DNA of 64,000 nt, from positions 110,230-174,229 of the forward strand of contig CAWFAK010000017.1 of assembly GCA_963813715.1 (NCBI GenBank), given 5' to 3'. Both the position numbers and the translations under genes were made by a program. A model generated the notes under the pieces. That model saw nothing but the letters and a program-made list of their open reading frames with translations. It made no database searches and was not told the origin of the DNA. Positions 1 through 9,964 of the stretch are shown one piece after another. The stretch is from an uncultured Planctomycetaceae bacterium. GTDB lineage: Bacteria; Planctomycetota; Planctomycetia; Planctomycetales; Planctomycetaceae. The number at the start of each line of letters is the position of its first letter. The first letter of the stretch is position 1.

Positions 1-629
1 CGCCCGACGTCGCGGCCGAGCCGGCCGCTGCGGCCATGAACTTTCTCGCAAATACAGACGCACTGATCATCGACCTTCGCAAAAACGGCGGCGGTGACCC
101 GGAAAGCGTCGCCCTCCTCTGTAGCTATTTCTTCGGGAGCCAACCGGTCCATTTGAACAGCCTCTACTCGCGCAAAGAAAACAAAACCGAGGAATATTGG
201 ACGCGCAAGGAGGTCGCCGGCAAACGTTATTTGAGCAAGGATGTCTACGTCTTGATCGCGCCACGGACGTTTTCGGGAGCGGAAGAATTCGCCTACGATT
301 TGCAAACACAGAAACGCGCCGTGCTCGTGGGCCAAACGACCGGCGGCGGGGCGCACCCCGGCGGACTCGGCCCGCTTGGCGATCATTTCATGATGTTTGT
401 GCCCACCGGCCGAGCCATCAACCCCATCACGAAAACCGATTGGGAAGGCGTCGGCGTAAAGCCGGACGTGGCCGTCCCCGCCGACGCGGCACTCGAGAAG
501 GCTCACGAACTCGCAATCCAGACACTTTTGAAAAACGCCAAGGACGAGGAAGCGCGTGAACGGATTCAAATGGACGTAAGGCGCTCCGGCGACCGACCGA
601 TGACCAAGGCGACGGCGAGGGTTCGGTGA
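1..629 (+). CDS. S41-family serine peptidase, C-terminal part (5' end lies outside the window)
   Basis: Frame open from window edge to stop at 627-629. Motifs LIIDLRKNGGGD and RTFSGAEEFAYDLQ...LVGQTTGGGAH fit the Peptidase_S41 (tail-specific/Ctp-like) catalytic domain. Confidence 0.75.
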   Translation, partial: PDVAAEPAAAAMNFLANTDALIIDLRKNGGGDPESVALLCSYFFGSQPVHLNSLYSRKENKTEEYWTRKEVAGKRYLSKDVYVLIAPRTFSGAEEFAYDLQTQKRAVLVGQTTGGGAHPGGLGPLGDHFMMFVPTGRAINPITKTDWEGVGVKPDVAVPADAALEKAHELAIQTLLKNAKDEEARERIQMDVRRSGDRPMTKATARVR

Positions 630-679
630 TTCCCACTCGCGAATTTGGGCGGGCGACTTCGTCGACTGCGCCCTGTCGC

Positions 680-2050
680 TCAGCGCCGCTTCTTGCGGCG
701 GACTGAAAACGGTTCGAGCGCCTTGAGCATGGCTCGCGCGGAGGGAAACCGGGCGGCCGGGTCTTTGGCGAGCGCGCGGTGCACGATCTCTTCCACGCCG
801 GACGGAACCTGCGGGGCCCGCCGGCGGAGGGGGACCGGGTCATCTTCCAGCACCACCGCGAGCTTGTTCTTGTCGTCGAAGTCGAACGGAAATTCGTTGG
901 CAAGATAGCGGTAAAGGGTTGCGCCGACCGCGTAGATGTCTCCGGCCGGCCGCGCCTGGCGGCAATCGATCACCAGTTCCGGAGCGAGGTAGGCGATCGT
1001 GCCGCGGATGTCTCCGAGGCGCGAGATTTCGCTCAAGCCGGCATAGGCGTAATTCTTCGCCAGGCCGAAATCGGCGAGCTTGGCGTTGAGTTTTCGCCCC
1101 TTGCGCCACAAGAGCACGTTCTCGGGCTTAATGTCGCGGTGCACGATCGACATCTCGTGCGCGTGGTCCAGGGCCAGCAGAATCTGACAGATGATCGCGC
1201 ACGAGATCCGTGTGCGGGCGGACCCTTGTTCTTCGAGCACCGTTTCGTACGGGATCGCCGGAACGTACTCCATGATCAGATGCAGCTGTCCGGAGTTGTA
1301 GCCGAAATCGAGACACTGCACGATGTGCGGGTGATTGAGCCGGCCCAACAGACTGGCTTCGCGCACGAAAAGCTGCATCGCCGCCTCGGAAGCCGATTGC
1401 CGCGGCGAAATCACCTTGATGGCGACCGGCTTGGCGGTCGCCGAATGGACGGCGCGGAACACCACGCCCATCGAGCCGCTGCCGATCTCTTCTTGCAGCT
1501 CGTATCCGGGAATCTCGCGGACGGAGGCGAACTTCTTTTCGAGCCGCGTCTCGGTCGGCCTCTCGAAGGTGATGGTCGACTTAAACGACCCCAGCACGGT
1601 GGGCGCGTCGACAGCGACGCGCGGCCGACCGGTGGTGACGCTCACCCGGATCTCGGTCTTGCCCCCCGAGATCACGTCGCCGTCGCGGAGAAACGTGGCG
1701 TTGACGCGGTTCCCGTTGACGAACGTGCCGTTGCGGCTCCCCAAGTCGACCAGGTAGCAATCGGGGGGACGGATCTCGATCCGGAAGTGATGCCGCGAGA
1801 AGTGCAGGTCATCCTGCAAGCACAGATGGGACCACGACCCCCGGCCGACAAGAAACGTGTCGTACCGATCGAACTCGAAGTGCTTGCCTTGGTGCGGGCC
1901 GGAAGCGACTTCGAGGGCGACCCGCACGGTCTGCCGCTGCCGAAGCTCGGTGTCGCCAGGCATCCGCCGGTCCCTGAGATGGATTCGGACATGCGGATTA
2001 TCCCACGACCCAGTGGCGGCAACAAGAACCCTGATCGCGGGCAAGGGCAA
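680..2050 (-). CDS. Ser/Thr protein kinase with N-terminal FHA domain
   Basis: 456-aa ORF. FHA signature (FLVGRG...CYLVDLGSRNGTFVNGNRV) is followed by a Hanks kinase core (GSGSMGVVFRA...AIKV, HRDIKPENVLL, DFGLA, APE). Alternative start at 1963. Confidence 0.85.
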   Translation of the reverse strand: MPLPAIRVLVAATGSWDNPHVRIHLRDRRMPGDTELRQRQTVRVALEVASGPHQGKHFEFDRYDTFLVGRGSWSHLCLQDDLHFSRHHFRIEIRPPDCYLVDLGSRNGTFVNGNRVNATFLRDGDVISGGKTEIRVSVTTGRPRVAVDAPTVLGSFKSTITFERPTETRLEKKFASVREIPGYELQEEIGSGSMGVVFRAVHSATAKPVAIKVISPRQSASEAAMQLFVREASLLGRLNHPHIVQCLDFGYNSGQLHLIMEYVPAIPYETVLEEQGSARTRISCAIICQILLALDHAHEMSIVHRDIKPENVLLWRKGRKLNAKLADFGLAKNYAYAGLSEISRLGDIRGTIAYLAPELVIDCRQARPAGDIYAVGATLYRYLANEFPFDFDDKNKLAVVLEDDPVPLRRRAPQVPSGVEEIVHRALAKDPAARFPSARAMLKALEPFSVRRKKRR

Positions 2051-2114
2051 GCTGAGGGTTAACCCCTAGAGGCGGTTTGCGAACCTTTTCGCCGCTATGC
2101 GGGGTCGCGCGCGA

Positions 2115-3594
2115 TCAGTCGAAGCGGGTTGATTCTGACAAGAGTTGCTTCTCGATCGCCAGGCCGAGCGAGCGCAACTTGCCGCGCAGCGTTGTCCGCG
2201 AAATCCCGAGAATCTCGCTGGCACGCAGCTGGTTTCCCTTGGCGTGGCGGAGCACCGTTTCAATGACCGTGCGATCGACGGCCGCGCAGACCTTGTCGTA
2301 AATATCGGACTGCTTGGATTGCAGCATGTCGGCGACGAGGGCCGCTACATCGAGCTCGCGCGGATCGGCATCGGCCGCATGACGGACTCCGGGCGTTTCG
2401 AGGCGCATTGCGCTGCCGTCCCCTTGCAGGTGATCGGGAAGCGAATCGCGGGTGATGACTTCGCCGGCCGATTGGATGTACGCGAAGCGGATGGCGCTTT
2501 GCAGCTCTCGAACGTTTCCCGGCCAGGGGTACGACTCCAGGATCCGCATCGCGTCGGGAGCAACCGAATTCACACGCTTGCCGAACTGTCGGCTCAACTG
2601 AGTCAGGAAGTAGGAAATCAAAAGCGGCAGATCGTCCCGGCGATCGCGGAGCGGTGGGATTGTGATCGTATAGACCCGGAGGCGGTACAACAGATCGCCC
2701 CGGAATCGGCCGGCGGCGACCAGTTCGTCCAGGTTCTGGTTGGTGGCGGCGATCACGCGGACGTCGGTGCGGATCGTTTCCTCGCCGCCGACCCGCTCAA
2801 ACTGCTGCTCTTGCAACAGCCGCAGCACTTTGGGCTGCGTCGTCAGCGTCATGTCGCCGATTTCGTCGAGGAACAGCGTTCCGCGGTTGGCCTGCTCGAA
2901 CTTGCCGATGCGGCGGCGGTCGGCCCCGGTAAACGCCCCCTTTTCGTGGCCGAACAGCTCGCTCTCGAGCAGTCCTTCGGGAATGGCGGCGCAGTTGATG
3001 GCCAGGAACGGCCCTTCGCTGCGGAGGCTGTGCTGGTAGATGGCGCGGGCGACCAGTTCTTTGCCCGTCCCGCTTTCACCCTGGATCAGCACCGGCACGT
3101 CGAGCGGCGCGACGCGGCCGATGCACTTATAAACTTCGCTCATGGCGGACGTGTCGCCCACGATGCGATCGACGCGTTCGTCGTCGGCTGAACCTTCATC
3201 GGGAAAGACGGCCGGCACGTGCCGCAAACGGCTGAGCTCGACCGCCTTGGCCACGAGCGTGCGGAGCGACCGGAAGTCGACTGGCTTGAGCAAGTACTCG
3301 AACGCGCCGCGCTTCATCGCTTCGATCGCCGTGTCGGTGCTGCTGTAGGCGGTCATGATGATTACGGGCAACCGCGGATCGAGCTGGCGGATGCGGTCGA
3401 ACGCATCGAGCCCCGACATATCGGGCAAGCGGACGTCGAGCAGCACCGCGTCGGGCGGCTGGCGGCGGACCTGATCGATTCCCTGGCTGGCGTTCGCGGC
3501 GGTGACGACCTCGAGCGTCTCGGAGCGCAGGCTCTGCTCGAGCGAGTACGCGCAGGTTCGGCTCGTCGTCGATGATGAGCAGGCGTGGACTCAT
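2115..3594 (-). CDS. sigma-54-dependent response regulator (NtrC family), 1-nt frameshift at about 3550 as assembled
   Basis: Receiver (MSPRLLIIDDEPNL in one frame, YSLEQ...AVLLDVRLPDMSG in the next), AAA+ core (GESGTGKE, GAFTGA, RVIAATN) and C-terminal Fis-type HTH. ATG at 3592-3594. Confidence 0.85.
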
Positions 3595-3666
3595 GTTTGT
3601 CTGCCGACTCGCGGCGACGCCCAACCGGCGTCCGGTCTGACCCCCTGGAGGCCAAGGGCTCGAAGG

Positions 3667-6600
3667 TCAGTGCGCCATGCTGCCGGCCGAAGCCGGCGGT
3701 TCTCGGTGTCCATAGAAGCTATAGAGCACGGGCATCAGGTAACGGGTTAGAAACAACGTGGTGATCATGCCGCCCACCACCACAATGGCCAGCGGCTTTT
3801 GCGTCTGTGAACCGATCTTGGTGGAAATGGCGGCCGGCATCAGGCCGAAAATCGCCGTGAGCGCGGTCATCATCACGGGGCGGACTCGCTTTTCGGCACC
3901 GGTGAGGATGGCCTCCTCGACCGGCAGCCCCTGCAAGCGAAGCTGGTTGAAATAGGCCAACAGCAACAGACCGTCCATGATGGCGACGCCGAAAATCGAG
4001 ATGAAGCCGACGGCCGCCGAGATGTTGAAGTTCGTCCCCGTGAGCAAGAGGGCCCAAACGCCGCCGATCGACAGGTCGATCACATTCGAGAAGACGATCA
4101 CTGCGTCGAGCACGTTGCGGAAGGCGATATAGAGCAGCAGGATGATCATCCCCAGCGAGAGAGGCACGATGACCATCAGCCGCGCCTCGGCGTCCTGCAT
4201 TTCCTCGAATTCGCCGCTCCAGACGGAGTGATACGGCGCCTCGAACAGGTCCTTGGTTTTCGCCTGTGCCTCGTCGACGGCGCCGGCCAGGTCGCGGCCG
4301 CGGACGCTGAACTTGATCGCGATCAGCCGCTTGCCCTGTTCGCGATAGATCGTCGAAGCGCCGTGCTGCTGATATTGGCCGTCCGGCAGCGGAGCTCCGT
4401 CCTCGCCGACCGGCGAAACCAGGTCGCGGAGCCGCAGCCGCGGCGTGTTGCTGATGATGTTCCCGGTGTTGGCCTGCGCTCCGACGTTGGACGGCGTCGC
4501 GTTGCCGGTGCCGATCGAGGTCGGGACCACGCCCGGGCCCGTGTTCTGCACGACGTTGTTGTTGATGATGTCGACCGGGATGTCGAGGATGTCGGCTTCG
4601 CTGTTCCGCAGCCGCTTGGGCCAGCGGACCGAGATGTCGAAAAGTTTTTCGCCTTCGACCATGCTCGACAGGGCCCGCGCCCGAGCGCGCTCGTCACCAC
4701 ATTGTTGACGTCGGCCGTCTGCACGCCCCAGCGCTGGCACTTGCTCGGATCGACGCGCCATTCGAGGTGTGATTGGCCACGAATGTGAAAGATGCCGACG
4801 TTCTCGATGCCCCGCACCTGCTGCAGAACATTCTTGGCCTTGGCCGCCAGCAGCTCGAGGCGATCCAGGTCGGGCCCGAAGATCTTGACCGAGTTGTCCC
4901 CTTTGATGCCGGACAGGGCCTCCATCACGTTGTCGCGGATGTTCTGCGAAAAGTTCCAGGTGATGCCGGGGAGCTTTTCACCCAGCTCGGCGTTCATTGC
5001 GTCGACAATTTCATCCTTCGTCCGTGCCCGCTTGGCCCCCAACATCCAGCGCTGCCATTTGGGACGTTCGACCAGCAGAGGCCAGTCTTTCTCCGGTCGC
5101 AGCGGGACGAAGTATTCGCTGTTGTAGTAGCCGTCGGTGTCGGTCGCGTCGTCGGGTCGGCCGAGCTGGTTGACGATCGACTCGACCTCGGGATAGGTGG
5201 CCATGATGGCCCGCGCCTGGGCCGAAAGCTGCGTATGCCTGGGAAGCGAGATATTGAGCGGAGCGGTCCCGCGAATCCACAGGTTGCCCTCTTCCAGCGC
5301 GGGCATGAATTCGCGGCCCAAGAGGGGCAAGAGTGCAGTCGTGCAGATCGTAAGCGCCGCCATCACGCCGACCGTCGCGTAGGGGTGCCGCAGACAGAAC
5401 CGCAGGTTTCGCAGGTAGCGGGCTTTCATGCCGCGGACGAGCCAGTTGTCCGGCGCCGCCTTCAGGTTCTTGAAGCACAACAGGCACATCACCGGGGCCA
5501 TGGTCAGCGCCAAGAACAGCGCGCCGCAGAGGGCGAACGCGTAGGTATCGGCCATCGGCCCGAAGATTTGCCCTTCCGGTCCCTGCATCGTGAACAGCGG
5601 GACAAAGGCGCAGACCATGATGGCCGTCGTGAAGAACAGGCCCCGCTCGACCTCGTGCGTCGCCTTGAGGATCCGTTCTCTCAAGCTGAGCTCGGGATAT
5701 TCGCCCGAGCTCAGATGGCGATAGATATTTTCGACCATGATCACCGACGAGTCGACGATGATCCCGAAATCGACCGCCCCGATCGACAGCAGGTTGGCCG
5801 ACATGCCTCGCATATAGAGGATGGAAAACGCGAAGCAGAGGGCCAGCGGCACGTTGATGGCGACGATCAGCGCGCTGCGGACGTTGCTCAGGAACATCAA
5901 GAGCACGATCGTCACCAGCCCCATCCCCAGGAGCAGGTTCTCCCGGACCGTTTCGGTCGTGACGCCCAGCAGTTCTCGGCGGTCGTAGTAGGTCTCGATC
6001 TTGACGCCGGGCAGCATCCGCCCGCCCTTGGGATCGTTCAGCTCAGCGACCTTGGCCTCGACGTCTTTGAGCGCCGGCAGCGTCTCTTCGTTCTTCCGCA
6101 ACAGCACGATGCACTCGACGACGTCGGGCTCGTCGTGGCCGATTTGCGCCAGGCTCTGCGCCGATCGCGGCGGGCGTTCCTTGTCGGCCCTCCAGTAGCC
6201 GATCCGGCCCGAGCGCGTCTGATGGCTGACGACGACGCCGCGGTCGGTCATTTCGCCCGGCGATGCTCGTCCCCCCTCGACGACGTCTTCCACGCGGACC
6301 GGCTGGTTGTTGGTCGAGGTGATGACCAGCGAGCGGATGATCCTGCAAGCGGCGCTGCTCTTCGGCCCGCAGGATGGCCGAGGCTGCGACGGGCTCTTCA
6401 GTCCGAGCACTTTGACGGTCGGATCGGTGCCGCCGCCGAACAGGCCGACGCTGCGGACGGTCATCGCGACTTCGCCCTGGTCGACGTAGTCGCCCCCGAC
6501 GGTCGCGTTGCTGTTGGAAATGGCGTTCTGCAGCTGGATCAGCGTGAGGCCGAATTTCCGCAACAGATCGGGATCGGGCTGAACTTCGTAGCGGCGGACC

Positions 6601-7166
6601 GTGCCGCCCCAGCCGCAGACGTCGACGATCCGCGGCACCGTGCGGAATTCGCGCTCGAGCACCCAGTCCTGCAGGGCCTTCAGGTCGTTCAGCGTGTAAA
6701 TTTCGCGGCCGGCCGCATCCTTGGGCGAGTTGAGCACGTAGCGGTAAATTTCGCCGGTCGGCGACTCGGGAGAGATCTGCGGCGTGACGTTGGCGGGCAG
6801 CGGCTGCGAAATGGTGGCCAGCCGGTTGATGACTTCCTGGCGGCCGGCCTCGTAAGTGTAGTTGCGGCCGTAATTCCAGTTCATTTTGAGGTCGCTCAAT
6901 CCGTAGAGCGACTTGCTGTGAATCGAATTGAGCCCGGGCATGCCGGCAAACGTGATCTCCAGCGGCACGGTGACCTGGCGCTCGACTTCTTCGGCCGACG
7001 CACCGGGGAACTGGGCGAAGACTTCGATGATCGCGGGCGCCGGGTCGGGATACGCCTCGACGTTGATGTTGAGAAACGAATACATCCCGACAATCGAGAG
7101 CGCGATCGAGAACAGAATGACGACGAGCGGGTTATGCAGAGCCCACTCGATCAGTTTGCGAACCAT
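3667..7166 (-). CDS. RND inner-membrane efflux pump, CzcA/CusA (heavy-metal efflux) family, frameshift at about 4685 as assembled
   Basis: ORFs 4323-7166 and 3667-4761 join as ...VNNVVTSALG / ARALSSMVEGEKLFDISVRWP. Also has N-terminal MVRKLIEWALHNP, motif GAVDFGIIVDSSVIMVENI and 12-TM-type hydrophobic blocks. Confidence 0.85.
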
Positions 7167-7321
7167 CGAAGACGATCCAACCGAAATTCGGGTGTTGGTT
7201 GTTTGTTCGGGCGCTTCGGGGGAGTCGGCCCGTTACGTGGCCCATCTCCGTCGGGAGACACTCGGGGCCAGAGACTTCCTTGGGACTTGCTCTGCCGGAC
7301 GTTCCCAGCTGCCGCAAGGCG

Positions 7322-8902
7322 TCATGGCGTGGCCGCCGCCTCATTTCGAGCCGGCGCGTCCGTATTTTTCTGGGACGCTGCGTCTTTCTGAGCCGCCGCG
7401 AGCTTCTGCGCAGGCGCGTCTTTCTGAGCCGATCCGTCTTTCTGAGGTTGAGACTCCATCTCCGTCAGGGCCGACTTCAGCTCGCCCACACCGGTGCCTA
7501 GAATTCGTTCGCCGGGCAACAGCGGCTGCTTGGGCTGCAGGCCCAGTTCCTGCTCCTCGACCGTGAGCTGCTCGTCCTTGGCGAACGGCCGGCTGCGGAC
7601 GAAGACCGATTTTTCAAAGCGCCGCACCAGTTCCACCCGGTGCATCGTGTAGTACTGTTTTTGCGGATCCGTCTCGACAAAAACGATGCTTTGCTGGCCG
7701 TCATCGCCCACGGCCGAGGGCGGCACCTCGACAACGTCCTGTGGGGGCGGCAGCTGCACCTTGGCGGAAATCATCTTCCCGGCCAAGAGGCGGCCTTCCT
7801 TATTGTCGATGTGTCCTTTGACCTTCGCCGTGTGATCGTTGGGGTCGATGATGTAACTGATGTCATCGATGAAGCCCTCCAGGGGCGTGCTGCCGACGGT
7901 GGTGATCGTCCAGCGCCGCGCCCGTTCGGGCAGGGCTTGCAGCGCCGGCAGATCGTCCTCGGGACAGTTGGCCACGACGGACAGCCGCGGGCCGCCGCCG
8001 TCCGGGTCCAGCTTGGCGATCTGAAACAGGTTGATGGTGTTGTCCGAGACGACCGTGTGGGCGGTGATGTTCTGCTCGACGATGATGCCGTCGTCCGGGG
8101 CCTTGATCTCCACGCGGGCCCAACGGTCGAAATTGGCTTTGTCGCGCTGCTTGAGCCGTTTTTCCGCGTCCTCTGGCTTGACCTTCTCGGCCTCCTCACG
8201 GACGGCCTGAACGTCTTCCTCGGGGATGCCCCACGTCCGCAACGTGCTGACAGCCCGATTGAGGGCGTTGATATCCCCTTGGACCGCTTTTTTCTGTTGC
8301 CAGAGCAGGATGTCTGGAACGACGGCCGCCTTGGCCTGCCATCGATCCAAAATCTGGACGTCGAGCTTGAGCTGGTAGATGGCATCGATGAGGTCGTTTT
8401 TCTTGTTGCCCACGTCGACACTGTAAAAGACGGCCAGCAGATTGCCCTTGGTCACCTTGTCGCCCGAACGCAGCTCGCGGCGATGGCTCGTCGTTGCCCC
8501 GGTCTTGAGGCGATCTTCTTCGATCGTCCCGATCTCGACGCACTGGGCCGAGGACGGAGATGGCGCGAACAGCGCGCGAATGGGGATCAGCCGCGTCGGG
8601 TCGAGCATGGTGGTGCCCGGCATGGGCAAGTCGCGCGTGCGCGTCGGCTTGACGGCGGTGACGATGTTGTCGACGTTGTCTTTGCGAATGCCGAGCGTCG
8701 TCCGCACGTCGGGTGGCACGAACAGCGTGTGCGGTTGGCCTGGCACGAGCTCGACGCCCAAGCCGGACTTGGTTTCCGGATCCTCATTCCGCTCTTCGCG
8801 GTCGGCCGCCAGTTTTTGCAATCCGACTACCCCGCCCACCAGCAGGGCGGCGAAGAGAATCATGCCAATCGTCTTGACGGACTTCAGCTGTAACACCCGC
8901 AT
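7322..8902 (-). CDS. RND periplasmic adaptor (membrane fusion protein, HlyD/CzcB-like) with QKD-rich C-terminal tail
   Basis: 526 aa. N-terminal anchor (IGMILFAALLVGGVVG), a coiled-coil hairpin region and beta-barrel-type segments (VEIKAPDDGIIVEQNI). Sits directly upstream of the RND pump. Confidence 0.8.
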   Translation of the reverse strand: MRVLQLKSVKTIGMILFAALLVGGVVGLQKLAADREERNEDPETKSGLGVELVPGQPHTLFVPPDVRTTLGIRKDNVDNIVTAVKPTRTRDLPMPGTTMLDPTRLIPIRALFAPSPSSAQCVEIGTIEEDRLKTGATTSHRRELRSGDKVTKGNLLAVFYSVDVGNKKNDLIDAIYQLKLDVQILDRWQAKAAVVPDILLWQQKKAVQGDINALNRAVSTLRTWGIPEEDVQAVREEAEKVKPEDAEKRLKQRDKANFDRWARVEIKAPDDGIIVEQNITAHTVVSDNTINLFQIAKLDPDGGGPRLSVVANCPEDDLPALQALPERARRWTITTVGSTPLEGFIDDISYIIDPNDHTAKVKGHIDNKEGRLLAGKMISAKVQLPPPQDVVEVPPSAVGDDGQQSIVFVETDPQKQYYTMHRVELVRRFEKSVFVRSRPFAKDEQLTVEEQELGLQPKQPLLPGERILGTGVGELKSALTEMESQPQKDGSAQKDAPAQKLAAAQKDAASQKNTDAPARNEAAATP

Positions 8903-8914
8903 GGGAATTCCTCA

Positions 8915-8945
8915 GGGCTCGAAACCGGACCGGGCTCGAAACCGG
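8915..8945. repeat. tandem direct repeat GGGCTCGAAACCGG x2 (17-nt period) between receiver gene stop and adaptor gene start
   Basis: gggctcgaaaccggacc / gggctcgaaaccgggcc read directly at 8915-8928 and 8932-8945. Confidence 0.6.
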
Positions 8946-8963
8946 GCCGGCGGACTTAATGGT

Positions 8964-9437
8964 TCATCGACGGGCGACGCGTGCTTGCGGCGAGGCGGCT
9001 TCCGTTGCCACCTCAGTTGCCTCGGACTCAACTAAGGCAGATTCGCGTAACGCGGCGTCGATCGTGCGGCGCAGTTCGGGCAGATCAATCGATTTCGTGA
9101 CCAATCGTTCTCCGCGGCTGGGCAGGTCGGATTTTTCCAGGCGGTGCGTTGTAAGCAAGATCACCGGCACCCTGGCTTCCGTTGACCGGATCGTCTCCGC
9201 GAGTTTCAATCCCCTGCCATCCCGCAATCCGGCGTCGACCAGCACGAGCTGCGGGCGGCCGGCTTGCATCTGCTGCAGCGCCTCGGCTACCGTCCGCACG
9301 TGGAGGGCGATCCGCCCGTCGAACGTGAGGACCCGCGCCAGCACCTGGCCGAGGACCTCGTCATCCTCCACGATCAGAATGGTGCGGGGACGAATCGTGG
9401 CGGGCAGGAGGGTGGCGGGAGTTGAGGAGACCGGCAT
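8964..9437 (-). CDS. single-domain response regulator receiver (CheY-like)
   Basis: ILIVEDDE...LVLVDAGLRDGRG...VPVILLT...TKSID receiver pattern with no output domain. The ORF extends to 9497, but the candidate promoter at 9507-9522 favours the ATG at 9437. Confidence 0.75.
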   Translation of the reverse strand: MPVSSTPATLLPATIRPRTILIVEDDEVLGQVLARVLTFDGRIALHVRTVAEALQQMQAGRPQLVLVDAGLRDGRGLKLAETIRSTEARVPVILLTTHRLEKSDLPSRGERLVTKSIDLPELRRTIDAALRESALVESEATEVATEAASPQARVARR

Positions 9438-9506
9438 GACAACCGCACACCATCCGAACCGTAACGGGGATCGACGGTTCAAGCGCAAAACCGCCAAAGC
9501 GTCCTC

Positions 9507-9522
9507 AGCACTTCGGATGCCA
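9507..9522 (-). promoter_or_regulatory. candidate sigma-54 (-24/-12) promoter TGGCAT-N5-GTGCT
   Basis: Minus strand reads TGGCATCCGAAGTGCT. The GG and GC dinucleotides have consensus spacing (TGGCAC-N5-TTGCW). Lies upstream of the receiver-adaptor-RND-EBP gene string. Confidence 0.4.
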
Positions 9523-9701
9523 ACGGCCGGAGTGTGTCGGCGGCTTCATCAAACGGGCATCAGTTGGGATGATTTCGACGAATTGTGACTGGTTTTTAAG
9601 CGAGTCGACCATCAAGCTCTGGTCAACTCGACCAATTCCTTCTCTCGAATCTGTCCATCGAGACCAGAAACTATACAGGGCTGCTAGGAACACGAGCCGT
9701 C

Positions 9702-9908
9702 ATGAATCAACACCACGACCATCCGGGCCATCACCATCACGATCACGCAGGTCATCACCCCGAGGAAAAGCCGGGTCGTCAGTTCCATAAAGACTGGCGC
9801 GTGTGGCTCGCGGTTGTCGTGATCCTGGCCGCGCTGGGGATCTACGTCCTCACCAATGGCGAAGTTCTCCGCCCAGCGCCGCCGCCGCAACCGCCCGCCG
9901 CGAAGTAA
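9702..9908 (+). CDS. small His-rich single-pass membrane protein
   Basis: 68 aa. MNQHHDHPGHHHHDHAGHH (11 His in the first 19 residues), then one TM helix (WLAVVVILAALGIYVL) and a Pro-rich tail. Confidence 0.6.
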   Translation: MNQHHDHPGHHHHDHAGHHPEEKPGRQFHKDWRVWLAVVVILAALGIYVLTNGEVLRPAPPPQPPAAK

Positions 9909-9964
9909 GACTCGCTATGTGCCACCCACCTTCTGGCGGCGATCCGTCGGCACGCGCGATTCCT

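Noticed and set aside
779-7391. Long plus-strand ORFs (779-2062, 2145-3191, 4773-7391) opposite the kinase, NtrC and RND genes.
   Set aside because: Their translations are Arg/Ala/Gly/Asp-rich with no motifs. They mirror well-supported genes on the other strand, which is the typical antisense open frame of GC-rich DNA.
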